A stretch of 64,000 bases of DNA from Hyalangium minutum (GTDB taxonomy: Bacteria > Myxococcota > Myxococcia > Myxococcales > Myxococcaceae), in NCBI RefSeq assembly GCF_000737315.1, contig NZ_JMCB01000030.1, positions 14,558 to 78,557 of the forward strand, read 5' to 3'. Under the pieces are notes generated by a model. It was not told the DNA's origin. It did no database searches and saw only the letters and a list, made by a program, of their open reading frames with translations. The position numbers and the translations under genes are program-made. Below, piece by piece: positions 38,084 through 49,616 of the stretch. The stretch's first letter is position 1. Each line of letters starts with the position of its first letter.

Positions 38084-38179
38084 GGAGGAACGGTGGGAAT
38101 TCTGGCGGACTGGCTACCATAAAGCAGTGCCCGAGCAACGGCCTGCGCAGCCGTACCCTAACGGTTAAGGTGCTCCCCC

Positions 38180-39562
38180 ATGTTCCGCTTTCGCCTCGGA
38201 AGCATTCCCGTCGAGGTCCAGGCCAGCCACCTCATCACCTCCGCGGTGCTGGGCCTCAGCTTCGCACCTGCTGGCCGACCAGGCCTCATCGGCTCGATGG
38301 GGTTCCAGGTCGTCTCCTGGATGTTCATCGTCTTCGTCTCCGTGCTCATCCACGAGCTGGGCCATGCCGTGGCCAGCAAGGCCTTCGGCTACCAGCCGAG
38401 CATCACCCTCGAATGGATGGGCGGGCACACCCGGCCCAACGCCCCGGGCCCCATCCCCTGGAGCCGGGACGTGCTGCTGACGCTGGCAGGGCCCCTCTTC
38501 GGCCTGGGGCTCGGGATCGCCTGCTATGTGGGCAAGCGCTCCCTGGGCCACCAGTCCGATGTGCTCGCCTACCTGCTGGGCGTGGGAGCGCTCGCCAACT
38601 TCTTCTGGGCCGGGCTCAATATGGCCCCCGTGCTTCCTTTGGATGGAGGCCGGATTACAAGTGTGTTGGCCATGCGGCTCTTCGGCCGGGAGCGGGGCTT
38701 CCTGTGGGCCCAGATCCTCGCGGTCATCACCTCCGTGGGCCTCGTGCTCTGGAGCATCGACAACCGGCAGATGTTCCTGGCCGTCTTCTTCGCCATGTTC
38801 GGGTTCCAAGCCCTGCGCGCCGCTTACGACGCCATGAAGGGGCCGGAGCAGGAGTCCCGGGAGCAGTCTCCCCAGGCGAACACGCTCCAGAGGGCCCAAG
38901 CGGCGCTGGCGAAGAACCAGCTCGAGGAAGCGCGGCACCTGGCCGCCACGGTGCTGGACTCGGGCGAGGCGCTCACGCCCGACCTGGCCAGCCGCGCCCA
39001 CCACACGCTGGGGTGGGTGGCGCTCAAGAAGGGCCAGGGGCGCATGGCGCTCGACCACTTCTCCCAAGTGCAGGGCCAGCCGGTGGAGCCCCAGGCGCTG
39101 GCGGCGGCCTTCTCCTTAATAGGAGACGAGGGCCGCGCTCTGCCGCTGTGGGAGATGGCCTGGCGCGACAGCGGAGACCGCACGGTGATGCACGAGTACG
39201 CCGGCAGCTTGATCCGCGCGGGCAAGGAGCCCCAGGCGCTGCGGCTGCCCCAGGTGGACCCCGCGGCGGCCTTCTCGTGCGCGGAGCGGGTGCTCTTCAT
39301 CCGGGGCGCCTTCTCCGAGGCGGCGGCCATGGGAGAGCGGGCCCTGGCGTACGCCCCCAGCGCCACCATCGCCTATGACGCGGCATGCGCGTTCGCCCGT
39401 GCACACAACATTCCTGACGCGGTGCGCCTGCTGCAACGCGCCAAGGAGCTGGGGTTCCGGGATGGGACCTATGCCGCCTCGGACGAGGATCTGGCTCCCC
39501 TCCATGGAAACCCGGGGTTCGAGGCCTGGCTCACGGAACTTCGGCAATCTGCGCCGTCCTGA
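38180..39562 (+). CDS. Site-2 (M50) membrane protease with TPR C-terminus
   Basis: IHELGH, LAGP, NMAPVLPLDGG; AYDAACAFA. Confidence 0.88.
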   Translation: MFRFRLGSIPVEVQASHLITSAVLGLSFAPAGRPGLIGSMGFQVVSWMFIVFVSVLIHELGHAVASKAFGYQPSITLEWMGGHTRPNAPGPIPWSRDVLLTLAGPLFGLGLGIACYVGKRSLGHQSDVLAYLLGVGALANFFWAGLNMAPVLPLDGGRITSVLAMRLFGRERGFLWAQILAVITSVGLVLWSIDNRQMFLAVFFAMFGFQALRAAYDAMKGPEQESREQSPQANTLQRAQAALAKNQLEEARHLAATVLDSGEALTPDLASRAHHTLGWVALKKGQGRMALDHFSQVQGQPVEPQALAAAFSLIGDEGRALPLWEMAWRDSGDRTVMHEYAGSLIRAGKEPQALRLPQVDPAAAFSCAERVLFIRGAFSEAAAMGERALAYAPSATIAYDAACAFARAHNIPDAVRLLQRAKELGFRDGTYAASDEDLAPLHGNPGFEAWLTELRQSAPS

Positions 39563-39644
39563 CACAGCCATGACAAAGGGGGGTGTTGATTGCGGGTGAG
39601 ACTGGGCAGCTTCCTGTCCGGTCTGCATCCCGCCGAGGCGCTTT

Positions 39645-40649
<1,005 letters not shown>

Positions 40650-40678
40650 GCCGGCTGTCGGGTCGTAAAAGGTACACG

Positions 40679-40700
40679 CCCCGGGGCGCTCGCCCCGGGG
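40679..40700. terminator. GC-rich hairpin after desaturase
   Basis: CCCCGGGGCG-CT-CGCCCCGGGG. Confidence 0.45.
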
Positions 40701-40704
40701 TAGA

Positions 40705-41334
40705 GTGCGCGGGCCTGTGTCACCCCCTTCCCTGAAACCTGAATCGGGCCTCCCGCGTACAGGAACGGCCTCGGCGAGCTCCGCCGAGGTGTCCGACGAG
40801 GAGTTGATGGCCCGGTTCTGTCAGGGAGATGCCCCGGCGTTTGATGCGCTCTTCCAGCGCTATTCGCGGCCGGTGCATGGCTACCTGGCCCGGCTGACGG
40901 GCAGCCCCTCGGCGGCCGAGGATCTGGTCCAGCTGACGTTCCTGTCCGTGGTGCGCGCGCGTGGCCGCTTCCAGGCCGGAGCGCGGGTGAAGCCGTGGCT
41001 GTACGCCATCGCCACCAACGCGGCGAGAGACCATCAGCGGCGTGGCCGGAGGCCGGAGGAGCTCACCGCAGAGGGAGAGCTGCCCGCGACGGTGGCCGCG
41101 GAGACGCCCGGGCCTCGGGACACGGGGCTGGAGCGCACGGTGCAGCGAGCGCTGGAGCTGCTCCCCGAGGGCCAGCGCGTCCCCATCATGCTCCACCGCT
41201 TCGAGGGGATGAGCTTCGCGGAGATTGCCGAGTCCATGGGGCTGACAGAGTCGGCGGTGAAGGTGCGCGCCCACCGGGGCTACGCGCGGCTGCGCGAGCT
41301 GCTGGCGGAGCTGCGAGAGGAGTCGAGCGGATGA
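40705..41334 (+). CDS. ECF sigma factor (SigF/ECF16-like context)
   Basis: AEDLVQLTF, WLYAIATN, EIAESMG...VKVRAHRG; start uncertain (40705/40717). Confidence 0.9.
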   Translation: MRGPVSPPSLKPESGLPRTGTASASSAEVSDEELMARFCQGDAPAFDALFQRYSRPVHGYLARLTGSPSAAEDLVQLTFLSVVRARGRFQAGARVKPWLYAIATNAARDHQRRGRRPEELTAEGELPATVAAETPGPRDTGLERTVQRALELLPEGQRVPIMLHRFEGMSFAEIAESMGLTESAVKVRAHRGYARLRELLAELREESSG

Positions 41335-42116
41335 CGCCCGAGTGTGACCGCGTGCTGGAGGCCCTGGGCTCGGGGGCGCCGCTGCCGCCAGAGCTGGCGA
41401 GCCATGCCGCCACGTGCGCGGACTGCCGCCCTCTCACCGAGGGCTTCGATGCGCTCGGCGCCGTGCCGCCGGTGGCCACGCCCGAGCTGACGCCCGGGAT
41501 GGAGGCCGCCCGCCGCAAGACGCTGGAGGAGCTCGGCAAACAACCCGTGGCCACGCCGTGGTGGATCGAGCTGCTGACGCTGCTGGCCACCTATGCGGCG
41601 GTGATGGTGGGAGGCCTGCTCCTGCTAGGCCGTGAGGGGCTGGTGCAGAACACGGCCTCTCCGGCGGTGTTGGTGGGGCTAGGGCTTGCCATCCTCTTGA
41701 TGGTGGCCAGCGGCGCATACATGGCGCTGGCCCCGGCCCGCCGCCATGTGCCCTGGGTGCTCGTGGCAATGGGAGCCGCGGCCGTGGCTGTTTTCCAGGT
41801 GGCGGGCGGCTCCGGCTATGCGACAGCGAAGGGCTTCGTCGCCGGAGTGCTGGGGTGCATGAGAACCGAGGTGCTCCTGTCCATTCCGCCGCTGGCGCTG
41901 GCCCTGGTGCTGCTGTGCCGCTCTGCCTTCCAGCCGGTGCGCGCCTTCGCCGCCGGGCTGTCCGCGGCTGGCGTGAGCCTCTTCGTCCTGCACCTGCACT
42001 GCCCGGATGGAACGGCCGGGCACTTGATGCTGGGCCACCTGGTGCCCTGGCTGCTGCTCGCGGGCGTGGCGCTCTGGCTGCGCTCCCGCCTGCCCACCCG
42101 CAGCTACGCGCCGTGA
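41331..42116 (+). CDS. NrsF/DUF1109-type membrane anti-sigma factor
   Basis: ATG overlaps sigma stop; HAATCADC; multiple TM segments; LHLHCP...HL. Confidence 0.8.
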   Translation: MTPECDRVLEALGSGAPLPPELASHAATCADCRPLTEGFDALGAVPPVATPELTPGMEAARRKTLEELGKQPVATPWWIELLTLLATYAAVMVGGLLLLGREGLVQNTASPAVLVGLGLAILLMVASGAYMALAPARRHVPWVLVAMGAAAVAVFQVAGGSGYATAKGFVAGVLGCMRTEVLLSIPPLALALVLLCRSAFQPVRAFAAGLSAAGVSLFVLHLHCPDGTAGHLMLGHLVPWLLLAGVALWLRSRLPTRSYAP

Positions 42117-42161
42117 GCCGAGGCGTGTAACCCGCCCGCCCCAGCGGCCGTACCAGCGGGC

Positions 42162-42893
42162 ATGAACGCCGTCCTCTTCGCCCTGCCCCTGATCCTCAGC
42201 GCCGCTCCGGCGCGCACACCCGTGCTGGTGGAGCTGTTCACCTCCGAGGGCTGCTCGAGCTGCCCGTCCGCCGACAATGCGCTGGCGCGGCTGGCGCAGA
42301 AGCAGCCCGTGGAGGGCGTGGAGCTCATCGCCCTGGGCTTCCACGTGGACTACTGGGACTACCTCGGGTGGAAGGATCCGTACTCCTCGGGCGAGTACAG
42401 CGAGCGGCAGCGGCGCTACGTGCTCGATGGGGACGACAACCGCATGTACACGCCGCAGATGGTGGTGGATGGGCAGCGCGCGTTCGTTGGCGGAGAGGAT
42501 GAGGCCCGCACTCAGGCGGCTGCGGCCGCGCAGCGCCCAAAGGTGCCCCTGCGCCTTACCGCCCGCGTGGAGGGAGAAACCGTGGTGGTGCGCGTCCGGA
42601 CGGAGGCCGCGCCCGCGCCCGGACTGGAGCTGTGGGCGGCGCTCGCCGAGGAGGGGCTCTCCTCGGACGTGAAGCGGGGGGAGAACGCGGGGAAGAAGCT
42701 CTCGCACGCGGCGGTGGTGCGGACGCTGGCGACGCTGCCACCCGCGAAGGCCTCGGAGGGCAGCTTCGTCTCGGAGGCCCGGCTGAAGCTGGCGGCGGGC
42801 TGGAAGCGGGACAAGCTGCGCGTGGTGGCGGTGCTGCAGGCCCCCGGCGGGCCGGTGAGCGGCGTGGCCTCGGTGGAGCCTGCAGCGAAGTAG
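42162..42893 (+). CDS. DUF1223 thioredoxin-like secreted protein
   Basis: VELFTSEGCSSCP, FHVDYWDYLGWKDP, YTPQMVVDG. Confidence 0.9.
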   Translation: MNAVLFALPLILSAAPARTPVLVELFTSEGCSSCPSADNALARLAQKQPVEGVELIALGFHVDYWDYLGWKDPYSSGEYSERQRRYVLDGDDNRMYTPQMVVDGQRAFVGGEDEARTQAAAAAQRPKVPLRLTARVEGETVVVRVRTEAAPAPGLELWAALAEEGLSSDVKRGENAGKKLSHAAVVRTLATLPPAKASEGSFVSEARLKLAAGWKRDKLRVVAVLQAPGGPVSGVASVEPAAK

Positions 42894-42903
42894 CGGCGGA
42901 GGA

Positions 42904-43341
42904 CTACAGCTCTCCGAGGGCCTGCTGAGGGAACGCTCGCGCGTCCACCTTCGGGTAGTACGCCTTCACCTTCCCGTCCGGCCCGATGATGACGCCCACC
43001 CGGCGTGCATTGGCAGCCTGGAGCTCATCACACGCGCCGTAGGCGAAGCCCACCTTGCGGTCGGTGTCGCACAGCAGCGGGAAGTTGAACACGAACTTCT
43101 CGGAGAAGGCCTTGTTCTCCTCGGCGGTATCGAAGCTGATGCCCAGAATCACCGCGTTCTTCTTGCTGTACTGGTCCCTCTGGTCGCGGAATCCGCAACC
43201 TTCGGCCGTGCACCCCGGGGTGTCCGCCTTCGGGTAGAACCAGAGCACCACCGACTTTCCCCGGTACTCGGACAGCGTATGTGTCCGGCCGGTGTGGTCC
43301 TTGACGGTGAAGTCAGGGGCCACGTCTCCTGGCTTGAGCAT
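42904..43341 (-). CDS. bcp: Peroxiredoxin BCP/PrxQ
   Basis: [15 protein letters not shown]; GGAGG before ATG 43341. Confidence 0.92.
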   Translation of the reverse strand: MLKPGDVAPDFTVKDHTGRTHTLSEYRGKSVVLWFYPKADTPGCTAEGCGFRDQRDQYSKKNAVILGISFDTAEENKAFSEKFVFNFPLLCDTDRKVGFAYGACDELQAANARRVGVIIGPDGKVKAYYPKVDARAFPQQALGEL

Positions 43342-43393
43342 GGAGCCTCCTTGCGGCTCCGGTCCTAGCACGCCGGGGTGCCCGGCGTCCTCA

Positions 43394-44515
43394 TTACGCC
43401 ACCTGCTCCTGCGCCCCCAGGGACGTCCTCCGAGCTGCGGTGAAGCCCAGCACCGCCTCTACCTGCAATGCACGGTGTGAGTACGTGTGCTCGGCCAGGA
43501 CGCGCCGCCGGGCCGCCTCGCCGATGCACCGGGCCTGCTCCGCGTTCAGCTCGCTGAGCAGCTCCGCCACCCCGGCGCCATGGTGCGCCACCAGCACCTC
43601 GTACCCGGGCTCGAGGAACATCTCGATGCCCTCCCACGCGTCGGTGATGAGGCAGGCCGCCGCGCCCGCCGCCTCGAAGACGCGCATGGCGGGAGAGAAG
43701 CCAAAGCGGGTCATGCTCTCGCGGCTGATGTTCAGCACCGCGCGGGGCGTGCAGTTCAGCGCGTTGTGGTCCGGCGTGTAGACGTGCCCCAGGTACCTCA
43801 CATTGGACGGCAGCGGACGATCGCCCCACCCGCTCCCACCCAGGAGGAAGCGCTGCTGGGGCAGCAGCTTCGCGGCCGTCAGGAAGAAGTCCTCCACGCG
43901 GGCCTCGCGATCCGGCAGCCGGTTGCCCAGGAAGGCCAGGTCCCCCACGAAGCGCGGGTGCCGCGCCACCGGGTGGTGAGTGGAGGGGTCCAGCGCGTTG
44001 TAGATGGGCACGCACTGGCGCGCGCCCAGCGCCCGGTAGGCCTGCACCACCGGCTCGCCCCCGCCGTAGGTGAGGATGTGGTCATAGTGGGGGATGAGGG
44101 CGCGGAACGGATCCCCCGGGTTCTTCCTCATGCGCTCCAGCGTGGTGGACGCGTCCACGTCCCAGAACACCACCTGCGTGTCCGGTCCCCGCAGGTCCAG
44201 CACGCGGGCCTCCAGCAGCGCGTCGAAGACTCCCACGCCGCTGGCCTTCACCACCACGTCCGAGCCCCGGGCGCTCTCCAGGCAGCGCTCGACGGCCTCG
44301 GTGCCCTCGGCCGGGTACACCACCACGCGCGCCCAGGGTGGATCCGCGATGTCCCGGTGCTTCTGGCGCTCGTAGGCATCCGGCTCGTAGAAGGTGACTT
44401 GGTGGCCGCGGGAGTGGAGCGCGCGGATGATGCCCCGGTAGTAGGTGGCCGCGGCGTTCCAGTAGGCGGAGACGAGGCTCGAGCCAAAGAAAGCAATGCG
44501 AAGACCCTTGCTCAT
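43394..44515 (-). CDS. CgeB-like glycosyltransferase
   Basis: [32 protein letters not shown]. Confidence 0.85.
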   Translation of the reverse strand: MSKGLRIAFFGSSLVSAYWNAAATYYRGIIRALHSRGHQVTFYEPDAYERQKHRDIADPPWARVVVYPAEGTEAVERCLESARGSDVVVKASGVGVFDALLEARVLDLRGPDTQVVFWDVDASTTLERMRKNPGDPFRALIPHYDHILTYGGGEPVVQAYRALGARQCVPIYNALDPSTHHPVARHPRFVGDLAFLGNRLPDREARVEDFFLTAAKLLPQQRFLLGGSGWGDRPLPSNVRYLGHVYTPDHNALNCTPRAVLNISRESMTRFGFSPAMRVFEAAGAAACLITDAWEGIEMFLEPGYEVLVAHHGAGVAELLSELNAEQARCIGEAARRRVLAEHTYSHRALQVEAVLGFTAARRTSLGAQEQVA

Positions 44516-45651
44516 GCGGTGACCCTTTCCTGTGCCAGCGGTTGCGCCGCCCGGGTGTCCAGCCCCAGCTCGCGGCAGATGATCAGCAGCTCATCTACAC
44601 GGTGTGTGCAGGTGTGGCGCGCCAGCACCCTGCGCCGCCCCTGCGTGGCAAGCTCGCGGCGCAGCGGCTCATCCGCCAGCAGCATGCGCAGCGTCCGCTG
44701 CATCTCCTCGCCCGTCCGCGCGACGAGGAAGTCCCGGCCTGGCTTGAACAGCCCCTCCGCGTCCCACCACGGCGCGCTCACCAGGGGGATGCCACAGGCC
44801 AGCGCCTCGAACACCCGAATCGTGGGGATGCCCGGCAGTGCCTCCACATAGGGCCTGCGAGGCACGTGCACGGTGACGCGCGCGCGGGCGAACGCCAGGG
44901 GCGCCTCGTGGTTGGGCAGCCAACCCGCGTAGGTGATGCCCGCGTCCTTCAGCGCCTTGCGCGCCGAGTCCGGGTAGCGGACCCCGTGCACCCGGGCCTT
45001 GAGGCCCAGCGCCTTCACCGGGCCTAGCAGGAACTCGTGCAGGTCCGCGGTCCGCTCCTCATCTCCCCAATTGCCGCTCCAGACCAGGTCCTCCTGAGGG
45101 ACCACGAACGTCAGCGGCCTGAAGGCGCGGGTGTCCGCCGCCTCGTGCCACGTCCAGGCGCGGTGCGACCACCCCCGAGCAACATAGAGCTGGCGGATGA
45201 CCTCACCGAAGGCCAGCACGCCGTCATAATGCTTCAGCTCGTACCGGGCCAACTCCTGGGGAGCGGTGACGCTCCGGTGGTGCGTGTCGTGGAAGAGCAG
45301 CCGGAAGCGCCCGCCCCCCGCGCGCAGCTCGCCCAGGCGCTGAACCAGCTCCGGCGTGCTCCACTCGTGGACAATCACCAGATCCGCGCCGTCCACCGCG
45401 CTCTCCAGATCCAAGGTGTCCAGCGTGTACCGGTGCGGAGTGACGCGCGGGTAGAGCTCCTTCACCGCCTCCAGCGCCTCCGGCCCCCGCGGCTCGGCCA
45501 GCAGGTTCCGCAAGCTCCAGGCCTCGTACGGCTCGTAGACGTGGACATCGTGGCCACGCTCACTCAGCTCCGTGACGATGCCTCGCAGGAAGTGGGCATG
45601 CCCGTGGTTCCAGTCGGACAGCAGCGAGTGGCAGAAGAAGAGGACTCTCAT
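44512..45651 (-). CDS. CgeB-like glycosyltransferase
   Basis: SDWNHGHAHFLRG, PTIRVFEALACG. Confidence 0.85.
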   Translation of the reverse strand: MRVLFFCHSLLSDWNHGHAHFLRGIVTELSERGHDVHVYEPYEAWSLRNLLAEPRGPEALEAVKELYPRVTPHRYTLDTLDLESAVDGADLVIVHEWSTPELVQRLGELRAGGGRFRLLFHDTHHRSVTAPQELARYELKHYDGVLAFGEVIRQLYVARGWSHRAWTWHEAADTRAFRPLTFVVPQEDLVWSGNWGDEERTADLHEFLLGPVKALGLKARVHGVRYPDSARKALKDAGITYAGWLPNHEAPLAFARARVTVHVPRRPYVEALPGIPTIRVFEALACGIPLVSAPWWDAEGLFKPGRDFLVARTGEEMQRTLRMLLADEPLRRELATQGRRRVLARHTCTHRVDELLIICRELGLDTRAAQPLAQERVTA

Positions 45652-45660
45652 GAGGGGAGC

Positions 45661-46824
45661 TCACAAGGTGGGCTGCCGCCGCGAGGACGGCTCGGGTTGA
45701 ACGGGATGGCCTCTGCGCATCCGCACGAGCGAGGCGTAGGCAGCGAGGTAGTTGGCGCACATGCGTGCCGGGCCGTACTCGAGCGCCCGGACCCGCGCAC
45801 ACGCGGCCAGCCGAGCCAGCCGCCCGGGCTCACAGCGGAGGCACTCCAGCGCCTCCGTCAGCGCCTCCACGTCCGTCGGAGAGATGAAGATCGCCGCGTC
45901 ATCCCCCCACACCTCACGCAGGCTGGGAATGTCCCCCAGCACCAGGGCACAGCCCGCGAGCGCGGCCTCCAGCACGGAGAGGCCAAAGGGCTCGTACCGC
46001 GCCGGGAGCGCATAGATGGCTGCACGCCCCATCCACCCGGCCAGCTCCTGAGGCGAGAGCCACCCCAGTGCCTCCACCCGGCGGGGGTGGCTCCCCTCTT
46101 CGCGAGGGGGGAGCTGGGTCTCCCCGGCCACCTTCACCGGCCAGCGCAGCCGGGGCGCCGCGGCCTCCAGCGCGGCCACGTTCTTCGCCTCGTCCCACAG
46201 CCGGCCAGCGGTGAGGATGAAGGGCTCCCGACGGGCGCGCGGCGGAAAGCCGTCGGGGCGCCGGGCGTTGACGATGACCTCGGCCTCCGGCAGCGGGCCA
46301 TAGTGCTCGCGGAGCGCCCCCAGCATCGCCCGCGTTGGAGCCACCACCTTGCCCGCGGCCCGGAGCCCCCGGGCCACCTCGGCCTGGTAGCGCCTGTACC
46401 GCTCGGGCGCGTCCTCCCCTCTCACTGCCCGCCACCAGGAGAGCACGCACGAGTGCCCCACCATGAGTGTGGGGCTGCTCCAGGGCAGCGCCCCGTGGCA
46501 GTAGCCGTTGAGGTGCACCACGTCCGGCCGCACCCGCGCCTCCAGTCCGAGCAGCCACTCGCCCGCGGCCTTCACGTCCGCCCACGGCTCGTCCATCCAC
46601 TCGAGCTGAAAGGTGCTCTGCTCGACGCGCAGGTTCGGCAGGGCGCGCGCCTCGTGCCACTGGCCGGGCGTCAGCGGCGCGCCCAGGGTCGCCAGTGTCA
46701 CCTCCACCCCCGGGGCCGCGAGGGCCCGGGTGAGCTCCAGCGCATAGGTCCAGACACCGCCGGTCGTCTCGGCGGTCATCAACACCCGGCGCACGCCCGA
46801 TCGGGACGCAGCTTTAGCCAACAT
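45661..46824 (-). CDS. Glycosyltransferase family 4
   Basis: GGVWTYALEL, YEPFGLSVLEAALAG. Confidence 0.88.
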   Translation of the reverse strand: MLAKAASRSGVRRVLMTAETTGGVWTYALELTRALAAPGVEVTLATLGAPLTPGQWHEARALPNLRVEQSTFQLEWMDEPWADVKAAGEWLLGLEARVRPDVVHLNGYCHGALPWSSPTLMVGHSCVLSWWRAVRGEDAPERYRRYQAEVARGLRAAGKVVAPTRAMLGALREHYGPLPEAEVIVNARRPDGFPPRARREPFILTAGRLWDEAKNVAALEAAAPRLRWPVKVAGETQLPPREEGSHPRRVEALGWLSPQELAGWMGRAAIYALPARYEPFGLSVLEAALAGCALVLGDIPSLREVWGDDAAIFISPTDVEALTEALECLRCEPGRLARLAACARVRALEYGPARMCANYLAAYASLVRMRRGHPVQPEPSSRRQPTL

Positions 46825-46890
46825 GGGACTCCACGGGCTCTGGAAGGAGGACGAAGAGAGGGGGGATGGCCACCTGACGTGCGGTGGGCC

Positions 46891-48012
46891 TCATACCGTC
46901 AGCCCCCGTGCCTCGAGCTCCGCCTGGGCCTGAGCCACGCGATCGTGCGCCACCTGGCCTCGCAGCCACCCGGCCAGCTCCATGAGCCCCTGGTGGAAGG
47001 AGACCTGCGGCGAGTACCCCAGCACCTTGCGCGCCAGCGAGATGTCCGCGATGCAGTGGCGCGCGTCGCCCACCCGGTACTTGCCGGTGATTTCGGGCCG
47101 GAGGTGCGGCTTGCCCATCAGCTCGGCGATGGCCGCCGCCGCTTCCCGCACCGTGATGGACTGCCCGCTGCCGATGTTGAAGACGCCGCCCACGGCCTCG
47201 GGCACCTCCAGCGCCAGCCGGCACGCCCGCGCCACGTCATGCACGCTGACGAAGTCCCGCTGCTGCAGCCCGTCCTCGAAGATGAGCGGCCGGTTTCCGT
47301 TCAGCAGCCGCGAGGCGAAGATGGCCAACACGCCCGCGTAGGGGTTGGAGAGCGCCTGCCGGGGCCCGTAGACGTTGAAGAGGCGCAGCACCACCGTGGG
47401 GATGCCGTAGGCCTTCCCCACCATGAGGCACAGCCGCTCCTGGTCGTACTTAGAGAGCGCGTACACCGAGGAGAGAGAGAGCGCCTTGACCTCCGGCGTG
47501 GGCACCGGCATCAGCACCTGGCCCGTCGCGTCCCGCACCTCCCACTGGCCCGCCTGGAGCTGCTCGCGCGTGCGCTCCTGGCCCGTCGTCAGCCGCCCCG
47601 CGGGGCCGGTGAAGAGTCCCTCGCCGTACACGCTCATGCTCGAGGCCACCACCAGCCGCTGCACCGGCTTCTGGCTGAGCGCCTCCAGCAGCACCGCCGT
47701 CCCCAGGTTGTTCACCGAGGTGCAGTGGGCAATCTCGTACATGCTCTGGCCCACGCCCACCGCGGCTGCGAAGTGGTACACGGCGTCCACGCCCTCGAGT
47801 GCGTGCCGCACCGCCTTCCCGTCCCGCACATCCCCCACATGCAACTCCACCTCTGGGTGGAGATAGGCCGGGCGCTGGCGGCCCTCCCCGTGCACCTGCG
47901 GCAGCAGACAGTCGAGTACGCGGACCCGGTGCCCCTGCGCCATGAGCTGCTCGGCCACGTGCGAGCCGATGAAGCCCGCACCGCCGGTCACCAGGATGAG
48001 CTTGCTCTTCAT
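46891..48012 (-). CDS. NAD-dependent nucleotide-sugar epimerase/dehydratase
   Basis: VTGGAGFIGS, YALSK, FNVYGP; GGAGG before ATG 48012. Confidence 0.9.
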   Translation of the reverse strand: MKSKLILVTGGAGFIGSHVAEQLMAQGHRVRVLDCLLPQVHGEGRQRPAYLHPEVELHVGDVRDGKAVRHALEGVDAVYHFAAAVGVGQSMYEIAHCTSVNNLGTAVLLEALSQKPVQRLVVASSMSVYGEGLFTGPAGRLTTGQERTREQLQAGQWEVRDATGQVLMPVPTPEVKALSLSSVYALSKYDQERLCLMVGKAYGIPTVVLRLFNVYGPRQALSNPYAGVLAIFASRLLNGNRPLIFEDGLQQRDFVSVHDVARACRLALEVPEAVGGVFNIGSGQSITVREAAAAIAELMGKPHLRPEITGKYRVGDARHCIADISLARKVLGYSPQVSFHQGLMELAGWLRGQVAHDRVAQAQAELEARGLTV

Positions 48013-48491
48013 TGCGCCTCCGACACCGTCATGCCCTGTGTAAGCCCCTCTCCCACTTGCATCAGGGGAAGAAGAGGGCACCCGCCGCGGCCAATTCACC
48101 GAGCCACCGTGGTCTTGCCTGCGGTCCACGCTTTCGGGGGCGAACCTAGGCAGGTCCAAATCGTGCGGGTAGTGGCGGATCGCCTGCTTGTGCCGCCGTA
48201 CGAGACCTTTGCTGGGAATCGAGCAAGCTCTCGAAAAGAATAAGGATTTCACCCTGGGGGGCATCGCCCCTGGGTCGTATGGAGCGGGCCCAAGGGACGT
48301 GTTGGGTCGCGCGTCCACAACCTACCTCACAGGTCGATCAGGGCGGACTGCCTCACCTGTGGCGAATTGCAACGGCCCTTCAGGATTGCATCCCCTCTTC
48401 AAACCCCACGCAGGCGCGCAGAATCTGCGGATCCCCGGGGTAGGACGCAGGAATTGCGCGCTCCCGGCCCTGGGAGGCCTTCTGTTCACTT

Positions 48492-48507
48492 GGGAACACG
48501 GCTTGCA
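48492..48507 (+). promoter_or_regulatory. Sigma54-type -24/-12 promoter
   Basis: GG-AACACGGCTT-GC (GG-N10-GC with TTGCA), 30 nt before the LuxR gene. Confidence 0.55.
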
Positions 48508-48536
48508 GTGCTGATGGCCCGAAAGGGAACCCCACC

Positions 48537-49196
48537 GTGAACGAGCCCAGCATTGCCATTCTGTCGGATCAAAACCTGTTTCGAGAGGGCGTGGTCCAGC
48601 TCCTCCGGTCTCAGGGATTTCAGCAGATTAGCGAGTACCAGTCGGCCGCCGAGCTCCAGCGGGAGGTGCACAACCCGCCGCAGCTGGTGCTGGTCGACAT
48701 GGATCACCGCACGGATGATCCCCTCGCGCTGGTGAGGGAGCTGCGTTGCAAAACGCCACACGCCACCGTGGTCATCATGGGCGCGGTGCAACAGCGGGCC
48801 GCGTTCCCGGGCACTGGGCCTACGCCGGTAGAGCGGCCCGAGGCGGCCCCCCAGGCCCTGCGCGCCGCGGTGAGCCTGGCGCAGGCAGCCCAGGAGTCGA
48901 ACACCCCAGAGCAGCCGTCGGCCGAGGCACAGAACCAGCAGCGGCTCTGGGCGATGATGACGCCCCGGCAGCGGGACGTGCTGGGCTACCTGTCCACCGG
49001 CTCGGACAACCTGAAGATCGCCGCGAACCTCGGCATCTCCGAGCGGGCGGTGAAGGCGCACGTGTCCGCGCTGCTCTCGCTGTTCAGCGCGGAGAACCGG
49101 ACCGAGCTGGCCGTGCTCGCGTGCCGCGCGGGGCTCCGCCCGCCTCTCCGCAGCCTGCCACGCAACCAGAACATGCCGCAGGCTCGGGCCGGCTGA
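48537..49196 (+). CDS. LuxR-family regulator with atypical, truncated receiver
   Basis: C-terminal MTPRQRDVL...NLKIAANLGISERAVKAHV HTH; receiver lacks the Lys strand. Confidence 0.85.
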   Translation: MNEPSIAILSDQNLFREGVVQLLRSQGFQQISEYQSAAELQREVHNPPQLVLVDMDHRTDDPLALVRELRCKTPHATVVIMGAVQQRAAFPGTGPTPVERPEAAPQALRAAVSLAQAAQESNTPEQPSAEAQNQQRLWAMMTPRQRDVLGYLSTGSDNLKIAANLGISERAVKAHVSALLSLFSAENRTELAVLACRAGLRPPLRSLPRNQNMPQARAG

Positions 49197-49357
49197 GGCG
49201 CCTGCCCCGCCTCCCTTGAGTGGGCGCCCGTGCGACATGCCCCTGGGTGCGTAACACCTCTGAGTTTCGCGCACTCATACTGCGAGCTGGCAGAAGCGTG
49301 ACACAGCCATGCGCCGGCGGACCCGCCTGGGCCGGCCAGAGCTGGGGGGGAAGCACC

Positions 49358-49615
49358 ATGGAAGCAAGTGCCGTGGGGGGCTCGCGCCTCCCGGAAGAGC
49401 TGTATTCGAACACCTCGGCCGAGCTCATCGCCACCGAGCTGCAGATCCCGGTGGAGTTGCTCAAGCTGTCCGCGGAGGGACTCGTGGAGGAGCTCCGGAC
49501 CCACCCGGGAGACCCCTTGGAGCTCTCCGCCGCGGAGACACTCGTCCACTCAGCGGAGAAGATGCGCCGCATCGTCCAGGCGCTCCTCGATGCGCTCCAG
49601 GCCGAGCAGCCCTGA
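49358..49615 (+). CDS. 85-aa stand-alone HisKA(DHp)-like helical protein lacking the His
   Basis: IATELQIPVELL...SAEKMRRIVQALLD resembles AHELRTP...RL..LI.DLLD. Confidence 0.55.
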   Translation: MEASAVGGSRLPEELYSNTSAELIATELQIPVELLKLSAEGLVEELRTHPGDPLELSAAETLVHSAEKMRRIVQALLDALQAEQP

Positions 49616-49616
49616 G

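Noticed and set aside
43190-43230. Selenocysteine in the peroxiredoxin active site
   Set aside because: Codon is TGC (Cys); no in-frame TGA
45037-48243. 1068-aa plus-strand ORF
   Set aside because: Shadow across the glycosyltransferase operon
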